In this document: positions 48,001-56,722 of the stretch, one piece after another
Layout of the letters: each line of letters opens with the position of its first letter
Position numbering within the stretch: position 1 is the stretch's first letter
DNA from: Planctomycetota bacterium
GTDB lineage: Bacteria; Planctomycetota; Planctomycetia; Pirellulales; Pirellulaceae
Direction of reading: 5' to 3'
Assembly (NCBI GenBank): GCA_017303505.1
Contig: JAFLCP010000013.1
Span: 2,446 to 66,445 of the forward strand
DNA: 64,000 nt
The notes under the pieces: model-generated
The model's input: the letters and a program-made list of their open reading frames with translations, nothing else
Database searches by the model: none
Told to the model about the DNA's origin: nothing
Position numbers and translations under genes: made by a program

Positions 48001-50656
48001 AAGCAGGGATTGCGTGGATAACCTCACGAGGGACTGCAAGAGCTCGTTGAAGAGGGTCTGTCAGCAAACCATCAACGATCGGATCTTGAATCTCCCTTAG
48101 GAACTTACTGCGTTGTTCGTCGGCGAGAATTGCATAGATTTCATCGAAGACGCGTTGCCATTCCGAAGGCCCTTCAACCGCAAGTTGTTCGGGGGTAAAT
48201 GCCGTTGGAATGCCCGCCATTGCGGAACGCTCTTGAAGCGGACCAATACGTTCTTGCGATGCCCTCCAAATCGCGTCGATCCGTTGCTGTTGCTTGTCGC
48301 TGATTTGAAGCTGCGCGAGTCTCTTGGCATCGCGGAACTTGGTCACGTTCCAGCCAAGCCAGATTTCGCGCCGTACGGCTACGTCCTGCTCACGAGTTAA
48401 CACTTCTTGTACCTTCGCTTGTGTCAGCTCTAGAAGCTGCTCATGAGTCTCGATCGTTGCGGTTCGCACGAATTCGTCAAACAACTTCCTTATCTCTTGC
48501 TCTTGCGATTCACTCAACGCATGTCGTTTCGCCGTTTGATGATGGGTGGCAATCGCAAGATACAGCGGACGCCAGTTGACGCCGACAAACTGTGGACGCT
48601 GAATGCCGTGCCCGGGTTGTTCTGGCGCTCCATTCTTGCGAACAAGAATTCGAAACGCAGTTTTAAATTTTCCGATACTGGGGTGATTTCCAAAGATGAT
48701 TCCTTTGTCCTCCTGTCCCCCATTTTTCGAGTTGGCTCTACGCTGCGCAGCGAGCAGAGAAATATCACCGCAAGAGGCCAATTGCATCGCGGCAACAGCG
48801 GCCGAATCGTTATCGGGGAAAATGAATGCGACCTTGTAACCTTGGGAAGCAAGCGGCAACGCAATCAAGGGTGATCCCGTTCCGACGAATGCCACGGAAT
48901 GTTGCGGAAGTAGGACCGTCTTTGCATCTGGGCCAGGACCAGTCCAAGTAAACGGCATCGCTTCCTCGCAAAGAAACTGAACTTGCAGTACTCCCAATGC
49001 CCCTTCGGGAAAGTTACGTTGGTTCAGCGTGAAGTACAACACTTGACCTTCAGCTCTTACATCGGTGATGAAGATCGCATCTTCCATCAGCTTCAATTGT
49101 TGTTCCGAAGAGCCAACTTCAGCAGTAGTAGAACCAACTTGTGGCGACGCTGTTTCCACAGGACGTTGATACGTTAGCTTGACGATTCCGGTTTGGCCTC
49201 GTCGCAAATTCACTTTGTTATTTTCAATGGCAATTCCATCGACGTTCCCTTCGATCTCAACGAGGTAACTCCCCGCCGCTACATTAATCTTGGTGCCAGC
49301 CTTGGTTACCGTAAGCTTACGGACAACGGTATCTCCCTGCGAAACTTTTACGGTAACATCATCGACGCTACTTTCGATCAACAGAGTTCCGTCCTGAGAT
49401 TGCAAGCTGATCACAACGCCAAATAACCCGAGAAGGCCAAGTAAGAGCGCGCCGATCGCGACCATCGATCGACCACTTCGTATTCTCTGACCAGCCGTCT
49501 TTTTACTTTGCAGTTGTTCTGGCACCGGTGCAACCGTGGGTTGCTGGACATGCGCCAGACATTGTTCCAGCAGCGTCGCAACTTCAGCCGCCGAACTGAA
49601 ACGGTCATTGGGTGACTTGGCCATCAGCCGATGAATCAATCGACATAACCACTCGGGTATCTCAGGATTGATCTCTCGAATCGGGCGAGGCTCTTCGTCG
49701 GTGATTAACCGCAAAACGGCGTAACTGTTCTCGGCTCGAAACGGTGGCCGCCCCGTACACATCGCGTAGAGCACACAACCCAAGCCGAACAGATCGGAGC
49801 GTGCATCGACGCTGCCGCCGCGAGCTTGTTCTGGCGACATGTACTGTGGTGTTCCGGCAATGACACCGGTTCGTGTAATACTCGCATCATCAACGGCGCG
49901 AGCTAAACCAAAGTCGGTGAGTAAGGCACGTTCCACGGTACCATCGAGCAAGATATTGGACGGTTTCACATCGCGATGAACCAAACCTTGCGCATGAGCT
50001 GCGGCCAAGCCTCGCGCCGTTTGCATGCCGATTCTGAGAATTTCTTTCAGCTCTAGCGGCCCTTGATCCTGGATCCTCTTCTGTAGTGTCGTACCACGGC
50101 AGTATTGAGTGACCAAGTACGGAACGTCTTGCCACTCAGCCACGCTATAGATCGGCATGACATTGTCATCGATGACTGCGGCAGCCGCTTGGCCTTCACG
50201 GGCAAATCGTTTGCGTGCAGCTCCGGAGACGGCCAAATGGGGCAGCAGCATTTTGATTGCCACAAAGCGATTGAGGGCTGCATCAAACGCTTTGAATACA
50301 ACGCCCATACCACCGCGACCGATAACGCCCGTAACTTCGTAGGTCCCGATCCGACCGAGTTTGTGAGGATCATCGGTTGGGCCGAGCAGTTTCAGGATAG
50401 AATCCAGCGGTTGTTCCTCATGGCCCTCTCCCTGGTCCTCTTGAAGTCTTTTGGAATCTGCGGCGGTTGTCTTCAGGACGGGCAGGACATTGTCATGCCA
50501 CATCGAGTCGAGCGACGACTCCAGCATGTTGCGACATTTTTCACATCGCTCCAGATGCTCTTCGATGAGTGTCATTTCGGCGGCTGGCAATTCACCGTGA
50601 GCGAGGCGCGACATGGATTCAGCAGTCAAGCAGACTTGGCTTTGGTCGATTGTCAT
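45032..50656 (-). CDS. giant Ser/Thr protein kinase with N-terminal ZAS anti-sigma motif, one TM and a ~1400-aa ectodomain ending in two TIGR03067-type repeats
   Basis: ATGA overlap with the sigma gene at 50653-50656. ZAS motif HLERCEKC. Kinase motifs GRGGMGVVFKA, VAIK, HRDVKPSNIL, DFG and TPQYMSPE. TM segment MVAIGALLLGLLGLFGVVISL. Two C-terminal LQG(T/R)W...IDI/IDL...GTL(H/E)LQLG modules. Confidence 0.9.
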   Translation of the reverse strand: MTIDQSQVCLTAESMSRLAHGELPAAEMTLIEEHLERCEKCRNMLESSLDSMWHDNVLPVLKTTAADSKRLQEDQGEGHEEQPLDSILKLLGPTDDPHKLGRIGTYEVTGVIGRGGMGVVFKAFDAALNRFVAIKMLLPHLAVSGAARKRFAREGQAAAAVIDDNVMPIYSVAEWQDVPYLVTQYCRGTTLQKRIQDQGPLELKEILRIGMQTARGLAAAHAQGLVHRDVKPSNILLDGTVERALLTDFGLARAVDDASITRTGVIAGTPQYMSPEQARGGSVDARSDLFGLGCVLYAMCTGRPPFRAENSYAVLRLITDEEPRPIREINPEIPEWLCRLIHRLMAKSPNDRFSSAAEVATLLEQCLAHVQQPTVAPVPEQLQSKKTAGQRIRSGRSMVAIGALLLGLLGLFGVVISLQSQDGTLLIESSVDDVTVKVSQGDTVVRKLTVTKAGTKINVAAGSYLVEIEGNVDGIAIENNKVNLRRGQTGIVKLTYQRPVETASPQVGSTTAEVGSSEQQLKLMEDAIFITDVRAEGQVLYFTLNQRNFPEGALGVLQVQFLCEEAMPFTWTGPGPDAKTVLLPQHSVAFVGTGSPLIALPLASQGYKVAFIFPDNDSAAVAAMQLASCGDISLLAAQRRANSKNGGQEDKGIIFGNHPSIGKFKTAFRILVRKNGAPEQPGHGIQRPQFVGVNWRPLYLAIATHHQTAKRHALSESQEQEIRKLFDEFVRTATIETHEQLLELTQAKVQEVLTREQDVAVRREIWLGWNVTKFRDAKRLAQLQISDKQQQRIDAIWRASQERIGPLQERSAMAGIPTAFTPEQLAVEGPSEWQRVFDEIYAILADEQRSKFLREIQDPIVDGLLTDPLQRALAVPREVIHAIPASPGLQMQQAFPPVNWRQLYIGRAMEPQLAKWHQINVEQNQRILQISMTFLRTATPITREAEERRAQAEIEKVLTAEQDQLIRNEIWFAINATRLRAHLVHDQLSLDSEQRRRIDDIWNKFEKEVRENNGWLADGTDSYEQVLGDLAAVLTHQQREQYLSKLQDPVFDSGYRPTMFPADSPAPLQDSTSSSTLLLDVLQQDMEHELSRFPLLDYYREDLRLLEGGGLEVLEKPVKEDREQYATDHPDLAKAFEAWQSDYRDVIRVTEVIPELFDQNNDAHEMMVTVAKLLIESEDIPGVPKERLAEAHKQLGDNPTDETVEKLFLDLAKDQLFNLQRKLRESGANVPHTGMHEDHLRIAEEAKTHLEFAHLYCAIEHSEMIRQIRKLQESVDPATVFLFEESHPIKKDETLVFISSRGREEVRAGERGYHALAEPSAKVAWKVAEQELFLKNADAVQVTHVIIDRRMDGMVVWRCYGIPAGSSAPKVQDGSSQSSLAPDGNAEPKDTTAILGPRQYQLTVTRLVDDANQLVVTLRIESVEPQWFEIWSGDNYWHRGSQEHWIANLADERSADGRYFSKLLTFTATQISNDNKRLTRLTLEGTPIVYDLPLDWAVDKSLLITAKDGVYEFLHPLVIGKLANQTELKLCVGDRESVAAISLTSDRNGMVSDSLNAVLPSEGIVDLNVLANSTEEAKVRAANRRLRDPNAALLAELQGTWLMTAIVAADGTIESVSDPAGAGHSIHFKGSTVALHQGNGEEPLPLNFTIDASTPTPEIDIEGHDGVFTLGLIETENGTLHLQLGEAGGERPSDSIKPAVHYQYRRNPASLIALGEQKTEGALNPEDLQQQEAVIREANHQLKDPNRVLLAQLQGRWTATAMVLPNGQLGTVSKPAETGMTIRFDDKAGYISQGIGEYESKFTYTIDASTSPAEIDLKYSDGTHALGLVEIKNGTLELQLGAGGDARPSPEVKPSIHQLYRPTSVYWQWIPSRD

Positions 50657-51267
50657 GAACGCTCCTCCTGAAGGTCCCAATGCTGTGACACTTCTTGAAT
50701 TTTCTCTTTAAGTCTGGTGACGACTCGAAAACGAGCGACGTAGATGGAACCGACGGATCGACCGCTGGACTCGGCGACCTGGGCGATGGAGACACCTTCG
50801 ATTGCCGTCCATTGAAAGAGCTTCCAAATCTCGTCACTGAATTCGGCTCGGATTTGTTCGGTGGCCCAGCGGATGATTTCTCTGCGAGCTTCAGCCAGAA
50901 ATTCGCTAGCGGTGGCTTCGGGTTCGGGCTGAGCGGCGAGCAGTTCGGCCACCGAAGTCGTACCGGTCGCTTGGTCGTGTGGTCTGCGGATGAGGGCTTT
51001 GGTGATTGCGTTACGAGCGATTGTCGTCAACCAGGCGCGAAACGGCGGTTGCCCGACGCCGGGCTCCCAGCGTTCGATGGATTTGGCGATCGACAGAAAC
51101 ACTTGTTGTGCCACGTCGTGTGCATCCGCCTCCTGGAGATGCCGCCGCCGAGCCATTCGGTAAACAACCGGCTGATAAATCCCCAGAAACTCCGCCCACG
51201 AAGCTCCATCCCCCAGGTCTTGGACCCGGGCAATGAGGCTGTGGTTGGTTTCTGGAAAATCTGACAT
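50653..51267 (-). CDS. ECF sigma factor (kinase-associated type)
   Basis: Region 2 DAHDVAQQVFLSIAKSIERWEPGVGQPPFRAWLTTIARNAITK and region 4 IEGVSIAQVAESSGRSVGSIYVARFRVVTRLKEKI. Confidence 0.9.
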   Translation of the reverse strand: MSDFPETNHSLIARVQDLGDGASWAEFLGIYQPVVYRMARRRHLQEADAHDVAQQVFLSIAKSIERWEPGVGQPPFRAWLTTIARNAITKALIRRPHDQATGTTSVAELLAAQPEPEATASEFLAEARREIIRWATEQIRAEFSDEIWKLFQWTAIEGVSIAQVAESSGRSVGSIYVARFRVVTRLKEKIQEVSQHWDLQEERS

Positions 51268-51762
51268 AAACGGGTTTCTCCTACAGGTATCATCCCGTCA
51301 CTCCGCTTTCCTTACAAGAAAATCAAAAATTCTTGTGCACCGCCACTATTCCAGCGCCGGACAAGGGTATTTCCAATGGAAAACCGGACTCGCGCCGGAA
51401 ATCTCCGAAATACTGGAGTTTGGAGGGCGAGCGAGACCTCCAAAAAGAAGTTAATTGTGTGCAAGGAAGATGAGGAATAATAAGTCACAGCGATTTTGGC
51501 CAGCGGTTTGATTCGCGGCAAGATGCAACCATTTCTTCAGGCAGGCCTACAGCTGCTTCCTGCGAGAGGGTTGCTGTGACCGCCACATCGAATTTCTCAC
51601 TGAGTTGTCAAGCTAGTATACGGCGATAGACGTTATCAAGTACACTTGAAAGTAGACGCGACTACCCACCAATTCCAACCGCTGAAATTGAAGGTGAAAA
51701 GGAACAGGTTTTAGACTACAATACCTGCGAACGGATTCGACTGCATCGTAAGGAAGTATCCA

Positions 51763-51981
51763 ATGATTAGAAGCAACGCTCCCGACTCGTTGATCGCCAA
51801 GGCTGATATGGCATTCGAGGCAGCTTGGCGAAAAGTCATCGATCGAGCTCGTCAATCGAAGACCGAAATCGTTATTTGGCGTGACGGGCAAATCGTAGAG
51901 CTGTCGCCAGACGAAGCAACCGCGGAATTAGAAGCCAACTTAGCCAAACGGGAATCCAATTTCCCACGCAATCCGAACTAA
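51763..51981 (+). CDS. small hypothetical protein
   Basis: AAGGAAG lies upstream of the ATG. 72 aa. No motif. Confidence 0.4.
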   Translation: MIRSNAPDSLIAKADMAFEAAWRKVIDRARQSKTEIVIWRDGQIVELSPDEATAELEANLAKRESNFPRNPN

Positions 51982-52083
51982 ATCACAAAACTTCCCGCTT
52001 CGCTTAAGCCTATGCGTAATTGTGTATCGGAATTAATGTCGGAACTCAGACCGCAATAAGCGCAAGTTACCCAATAGAGATGT

Positions 52084-52533
52084 ATGATCCTATTTAGATT
52101 CAATGTCGCAACCGTTTTCCTCATAGCCTTGACGGGATGTGACTCAACCACACCTCCGATTTCGTCTCCTGACGTGACAGTTGAGAAGATTGGGCACGGA
52201 GAATCTAATCCATTTGCTAATCCTGAAGTTAGCCCTGATTTCGATTTAAGCGCAATTCCAACCTTAGACGACTTCGAAACCGCCGGGGAGAAATATGAGA
52301 TTAGTATCGATAGGAACGGACAGCTGTACCGCCATGGTAAAAAAATAAGCCAATCTGCTGTCATTGAAGAATTGAAGGCCAACAAGAACATCTCTGACAC
52401 AGTCGTCATCGTGACAGGTGATGCTGAAATTCGCATTTCGATCAGCGAAGCGTTACGCCGAACACTTAGCGCGTCCGTGCCAGAACTTCGGCAGATAACT
52501 TTTGTCTTCGAACCTAACACCGAAGGCAAGTGA
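52084..52533 (+). CDS. lipoprotein, C-terminal ExbD/TolR-like segment (tentative)
   Basis: Signal + lipobox FLIALTGC. The C-terminus DTVVIVTGDAEIRISISEALRRTL resembles an ExbD-type fold. Confidence 0.55.
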   Translation: MILFRFNVATVFLIALTGCDSTTPPISSPDVTVEKIGHGESNPFANPEVSPDFDLSAIPTLDDFETAGEKYEISIDRNGQLYRHGKKISQSAVIEELKANKNISDTVVIVTGDAEIRISISEALRRTLSASVPELRQITFVFEPNTEGK

Positions 52534-52693
52534 ATCCGCTAAATGCCTGCTGCCAAGTGCTCACTTCCAAGCCATTTTAGGTCAGCGATCATTTGCTTGT
52601 TTTTGCCTGGATTCCTGAGAGACATACGCAAGGAACAAGCTTGTAAATCGGTACTCGAAATGTATTGGTTCACGATTTGCCGAGATTCTTATT

Positions 52694-53320
52694 ATGGCCA
52701 ACGAAAACCTTCAGCAACCACTTGTTCGAATCGATGGAAACAAATGCCTTACGATCCAAGGCAAAGAGACTCCTCACACGGTTCTCGATTTCTGGCAGTG
52801 GTCGTCCTCAGATTTGCTTGGCAACACGATGCGCGGCGTTCTGGCAGAGTATATCGTCGGTACGGCGCTCGGTATTCTCAAAGATGTGCGCATCGAATGG
52901 GCAGAGTATGATCTACTCACTCATGATGGCATCAAACTTGAAATCAAGTGTTCCGCTTACCTACAGTCATGGTCCCAGAAGAGGCTGTCCAAGATCAGCT
53001 TCGGCATTGAACCAAAGATGCCGCAGAATCCACCGCCAGAACCAACCACGGAACCACTTCTTCGTCGACAAGCTGATGTGTATGTCTTCTGCCTTCTCCA
53101 CCATCGCGACATGCTTACGGTCAACCCACTCGATCTCGACCAATGGACCTTCTATTGCTTAGCGACGAAAAAACTGGACGCGGAATGCCGAGATCAAAAG
53201 ACGTTATCGTTAAGTCGACTGCTTTCACTTGGACCGCTAGTGGCCACATACGGGGAGTTAGCTAGCCAGGTCAGGAAGTTGGGGATAATCGATCAAGGTC
53301 AGCCTACGAGTTCTTTATAG
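52694..53320 (+). CDS. putative PD-(D/E)xK-fold nuclease-like protein
   Basis: Ordered motif elements GVLAEYIV ... EYDLLT ... LEIKCSAY ... ADVYVFCLL. Tentative, based on pattern only. Confidence 0.45.
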   Translation: MANENLQQPLVRIDGNKCLTIQGKETPHTVLDFWQWSSSDLLGNTMRGVLAEYIVGTALGILKDVRIEWAEYDLLTHDGIKLEIKCSAYLQSWSQKRLSKISFGIEPKMPQNPPPEPTTEPLLRRQADVYVFCLLHHRDMLTVNPLDLDQWTFYCLATKKLDAECRDQKTLSLSRLLSLGPLVATYGELASQVRKLGIIDQGQPTSSL

Positions 53321-53336
53321 CGCGCTTTCACAGCGG

Positions 53337-53447
53337 TTAAGCAAAGTTAACGAAGCCAATGATGTAGGGAAAGTATTTCATTGGCTTGAGACGCGTCTGA
53401 CCAAAAGCGACTGCGACTCCTTCGGGATGACGAGATATTACTCGGCT
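53337..53447 (-). pseudogene. decayed ParE/RelE-like toxin fragment
   Basis: The frame directly after the antitoxin stop reads SRVISRHPEGVAVAFGQTRLKPMKYFPYIIGFVNFA*. This resembles the central hPE...R...FPYxIxY part of ParE/RelE toxins. N- and C-terminal thirds are missing and an upstream in-frame TGA is present. Confidence 0.3.
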
Positions 53448-53665
53448 CACTTTCCAAAGAGTTCCTCACTCACGACGTTCCATGCTTCGCCGCGGCTTGG
53501 ATCCGCAAAGAACGCTTCCTCGCGTCGTGAGAATTCCGATTTAAGCTGCTCGGATACCGGTAAGGAACCCTCTGCTGCCAAACGATCGAGCACTGTAGTC
53601 GCCAAAGCGAACTGAACTTCTTTAGGTAAGGCTTCAATTGCCGCTAGCAGGTCGTTTTGTGTCAT
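53447..53665 (-). CDS. putative addiction-module antitoxin component (TIGR02574-like)
   Basis: GGGAGGA RBS before the ATG at 53665. LLAAIEALPKEVQFALATTVLDRL ... FSRREEAFFADPSRGEAWNVV is typical of this small antitoxin family. Confidence 0.65.
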   Translation of the reverse strand: MTQNDLLAAIEALPKEVQFALATTVLDRLAAEGSLPVSEQLKSEFSRREEAFFADPSRGEAWNVVSEELFGK

Positions 53666-53903
53666 CTTGTTCCTCCCAGCTAACTCTCTATCTCCCCATT
53701 CTAGCGTGCTTTGGCCCAAAAAGAAGAAATCAGATACAAATCACTTCTGACGAATCCGATGTGATCTAGGTTTCTCGAAAACGGAGACGGATTGCCGTTT
53801 TCCGACATGCGACACAACTTGTCTCGTCCCCGCCCCAAACAACTCGTCTTTATCCAGCCCACACCTATTGTAACCGCCGCAGTTACAATTTACATTAACG
53901 CTC

Positions 53904-54383
53904 ATGGACACCAGCTTTTACGTTGCTTCACATCTACTTGGATACCTTGCTTGGCGGCAAGGTGCTGGCGATACGTGGGTTTCTTCCGAGGAACTTGGAA
54001 AGAGCATCAATACGCATTCCGTTGTAGTGCGGCGTGTTGTTTCCATGCTTCGCTCCAAAGGTCTAATCGTCACGCGTCGCGGCGCTCAAGGTGGTTGCCA
54101 ATTGGCTCGACCCGCTCGTTCCATTAGTTTGGCCGATGCGTTTGAGGCGGTGATGCCTCCCGACGCTTCGCTGATCAACTTCGGCGCGTCAGACGATTCC
54201 GAGTGCCCAGTCGGCCGGCATATAGAAGCTGTATTGAAAGAGGTTGTGGCGGAGTCCGAAGCCGTATTTCGAAAAAAGCTGAAGCAAACCTCCATTGAAG
54301 AATTTTCAGATAGAGTCGTCCAACGCTTGACGTTGGAAGTCGCGTGTACGTCCAAAGCCAAACGACGATCAACAGATGTCTAA
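53904..54383 (+). CDS. Rrf2-family transcriptional regulator
   Basis: YVASHLLGYLA...VSSEELGKSINTHSVVVRRVVSMLRSKGLIVTRRGAQGGCQLARPARSISLADAFEAV. Confidence 0.85.
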   Translation: MDTSFYVASHLLGYLAWRQGAGDTWVSSEELGKSINTHSVVVRRVVSMLRSKGLIVTRRGAQGGCQLARPARSISLADAFEAVMPPDASLINFGASDDSECPVGRHIEAVLKEVVAESEAVFRKKLKQTSIEEFSDRVVQRLTLEVACTSKAKRRSTDV

Positions 54384-54449
54384 ATAACGTTTCGTATTTG
54401 TTACAGCACACAAACTAAACCAACCATCATCGAACCAGAGGGAATAGAG

Positions 54450-56192
54450 ATGTCGGAAACTCAGGAACAGAAAACGACGGCCGCTGTGCCAGCACTGCGA
54501 GTATGGCCTGCAGCTCTGCTCGTGATCGCGATGGTATTGATTCGCAAGTTACCCGACAGCATGGAATCACCCAGCATCGCTGTGTTCATGCTTGGATTTA
54601 TGGGGCCTGCTGGTATCGGTGCGCTCATCATGGTGTGGTGGCTGGCCGCAAGCCGAGCAAGCTGGAAAGAAAAACTGATTGGATTCGCTGCGGTCAGTGT
54701 CATCGGCGCGGTTTCAACCTGGCTTTGTCATTTCACCATGCAAGGGATGGGAGTCATTATCTTCATGATTCCTGTCGGTATGGCCGCTTTCGCGATCCCT
54801 TTGATTTTGTTTGGCAGATCACCATCGATTCGCTTGCCATTAGCTCTTGTTTCAGCCTTCATCGGTTTTGGTTACTGGGATCTGCTTCAGTCCTCAGGCG
54901 TTAACGGAAAGTTTGAGTCTGATTTTGCTTGGCGTTGGGAAGCCACCGCAGAAGAGAAATACCTCAAGAGCTTGGCAGACAAAGAATCGATAAAGAATGC
55001 GGAAACGACTGAAACACCGATAACACTCGCATCATCCGCTTGGCCCAGTTTTCGCGGGGCGGGACGAGACGGTAAAGTCGCCGGAGTGTCGCTGGCCGAA
55101 GATTGGAAGACAACACCTCCCAAACTTATTTGGAAAACTTCCATTGGACCAGGTTGGTCATCTTTTACCATTGCGGGTGACAGGTTGTTTACTCAGGAAC
55201 AACGTGGGGAAAAGGAAGCGATCGTATGCCTGGATGCAACCTCGGGCAAAACCATTTGGGTCTACGAATACGAGGGCCGCTTCTGGGAGTCAGTCGCGGG
55301 GGCTGGCCCAAGAGCGACTCCGACGATCGCCGATGAAGGACTCTTTTCACTCGGAGCCAATGGCCTATTAACCTGCTTGAATGCAACCACAGGCCAAAAG
55401 ATCTGGGAACGCGACCTTCAAGTGGATGCCAAACGCAAACCACCGATGTGGGGTTTTGCTTCATCGCCTCTAGTCACAGAGGGTGTTGTGGTGGTCCATG
55501 CAGGTGGGAGCGATGAACTGGGACTATTGGCCTACGATGCCAAGTCAGGTGAATTGCGTTGGTCCATTCCCTCCGGCGATCATTGCTATAGTTCAGCGCA
55601 GCTCGCAAGCTTTGATTCGGTGTCAGGAGTCTTGATGGCGACCAATGCGGGACTGCAGTTTGTGAGCGCAAAGGATGGGAGCAAGATATGGCAGTACGAT
55701 GCCCCCAGCGCGAACTATCGAACGCTCCAGCCTCTGGTACTCGGCAACTCCGTCCTGTTGGCCGATAGTTTGGGTGACGGTACCAAACGAATCACCGTTT
55801 CACGAGCCAATGAAGAATGGCAGTTGAAGCTGGATTGGGCGTCGAGAGACATCAAGCCTGACTTCAATGACTTTATAGAATATCAGGGCAATCTGTACGG
55901 CTTTGATGGAAGTATCTTTGGCAGTGTGGATATGGCCACCGGGAAACGCAATTGGAAAAAAGGGCGCTACGGAAACGGACAAATTCTGTTGCTTTCCGAT
56001 TCAGGGCAATTACTTCTAACATCCGAAACAGGGGACTTAGTGTTGCTGCAAGCTGACCCGAAGTCGCTGGTAGAGCTGGCGAAGTTTCCGGCGGTTGAGG
56101 GGAAAACTTGGAATCACCCTGTACTGATTGGCAACCGCATCTACATTCGCAATGCTGAACAGGCTGCATGTTATGAGCTGCAAGTTCGTTAA
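54450..56192 (+). CDS. membrane-anchored PQQ-like (BamB-type) beta-propeller protein
   Basis: About 5 N-terminal TM helices, followed by repeated blade motifs SGKTIWVYE, TGQKIWERD, SGELRWSI, GSKIWQYD and TGKRNWKK. Confidence 0.8.
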   Translation: MSETQEQKTTAAVPALRVWPAALLVIAMVLIRKLPDSMESPSIAVFMLGFMGPAGIGALIMVWWLAASRASWKEKLIGFAAVSVIGAVSTWLCHFTMQGMGVIIFMIPVGMAAFAIPLILFGRSPSIRLPLALVSAFIGFGYWDLLQSSGVNGKFESDFAWRWEATAEEKYLKSLADKESIKNAETTETPITLASSAWPSFRGAGRDGKVAGVSLAEDWKTTPPKLIWKTSIGPGWSSFTIAGDRLFTQEQRGEKEAIVCLDATSGKTIWVYEYEGRFWESVAGAGPRATPTIADEGLFSLGANGLLTCLNATTGQKIWERDLQVDAKRKPPMWGFASSPLVTEGVVVVHAGGSDELGLLAYDAKSGELRWSIPSGDHCYSSAQLASFDSVSGVLMATNAGLQFVSAKDGSKIWQYDAPSANYRTLQPLVLGNSVLLADSLGDGTKRITVSRANEEWQLKLDWASRDIKPDFNDFIEYQGNLYGFDGSIFGSVDMATGKRNWKKGRYGNGQILLLSDSGQLLLTSETGDLVLLQADPKSLVELAKFPAVEGKTWNHPVLIGNRIYIRNAEQAACYELQVR

Positions 56193-56204
56193 GGTTGCGA
56201 CCAC

Positions 56205-56274
56205 GTAGGATGGGCTTCCAGCCCGTCCTACTCAACTCCTTACCTACATAGGCCGGGCTGGAAGCCCATCCTAC
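56205..56274. repeat. pair of inverted copies of a 27-nt palindromic element (REP-like; probable terminator)
   Basis: GTAGGAtGGGCTtccAGCCCgTCCTAC at 56205-56231, and its reverse complement (GGGCTggaAGCCCaTCCTAC) at 56255-56274. They lie just after the stop at 56192. When translated the element gives the GWKPIL-type pseudo-ORF. Confidence 0.6.
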
Positions 56275-56642
56275 CTACCGCAATCCGTCTCTGAGGCACG
56301 TCCTCTATCGTTCAACTTTCTCCGCATCTGTGCGGCTTGAAAATGAACGATACCGTACACTGAAGAGGACAAGGCTGCGGAAACACATTTTGACCGAGGG
56401 CCGCAGGAGCGTGAGTCGATCGAGATCCTTGTCTTTTGAAGAATAGACAATGAAAGTCAATTCCGGGACCTGAAGTACTTAGAGAGATTTTGGCCTCAAT
56501 CGAAAACTGAAGTCCGGGGACTAAGCGAGTTCTTCAACTGAGGCTGCTTTGATGGCAAAGTAAAACTGCCTGCTGACCACCCTGCCGAGGTACAAGTTTT
56601 CGCGTTTCACCAGCCTTTCCCGTGCAGGAAAACTTGACTAAA

Positions 56643-56722
56643 CACGAAAACCACGTATATTTTCGTGAAAGACGCACTTTTCCCGAGCGAGAAAATGGAC
56701 GAAAACACGAAAAATGGACGAA
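56643..56722. promoter_or_regulatory. candidate operator region: 8-bp inverted repeat plus 12-bp direct repeat spanning the start codon
   Basis: CACGAAAA-n9-TTTTCGTG at 56643-56667. AAAATGGACGAA occurs at 56692-56703 and again at 56711-56722, the second copy containing the ATG at 56714. Confidence 0.3.

Noticed and set aside
50657-50680. TTG-initiated 8-codon extension of the giant kinase; likewise GTG 45053, TTG 32199, TTG 27332 and TTG 42122 on other genes.
   Set aside because: In each case a downstream ATG has a better RBS and/or forms a canonical ATGA or short-spacer junction with the upstream gene.
50105-51264. Plus-strand ORFs 50105-50671 and 50695-51264 (188-189 aa).
   Set aside because: They are antisense to the kinase N-terminus and the ECF sigma gene, both of which have clear motifs. 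No motifs are present in the antisense products.
51978-52529. Minus-strand 183-aa ORF overlapping the lipoprotein gene.
   Set aside because: Its product is Ser-rich with no features. The plus-strand frame has a signal peptide, a lipobox and a structured C-terminal domain.
52543-53162. Two alternative plus-strand frames (52543-52911, 52665-53162) overlapping the nuclease-like gene.
   Set aside because: Their products are Arg/Cys-rich and low-complexity. Only the frame starting at 52694 gives a globular-looking protein with ordered motifs.
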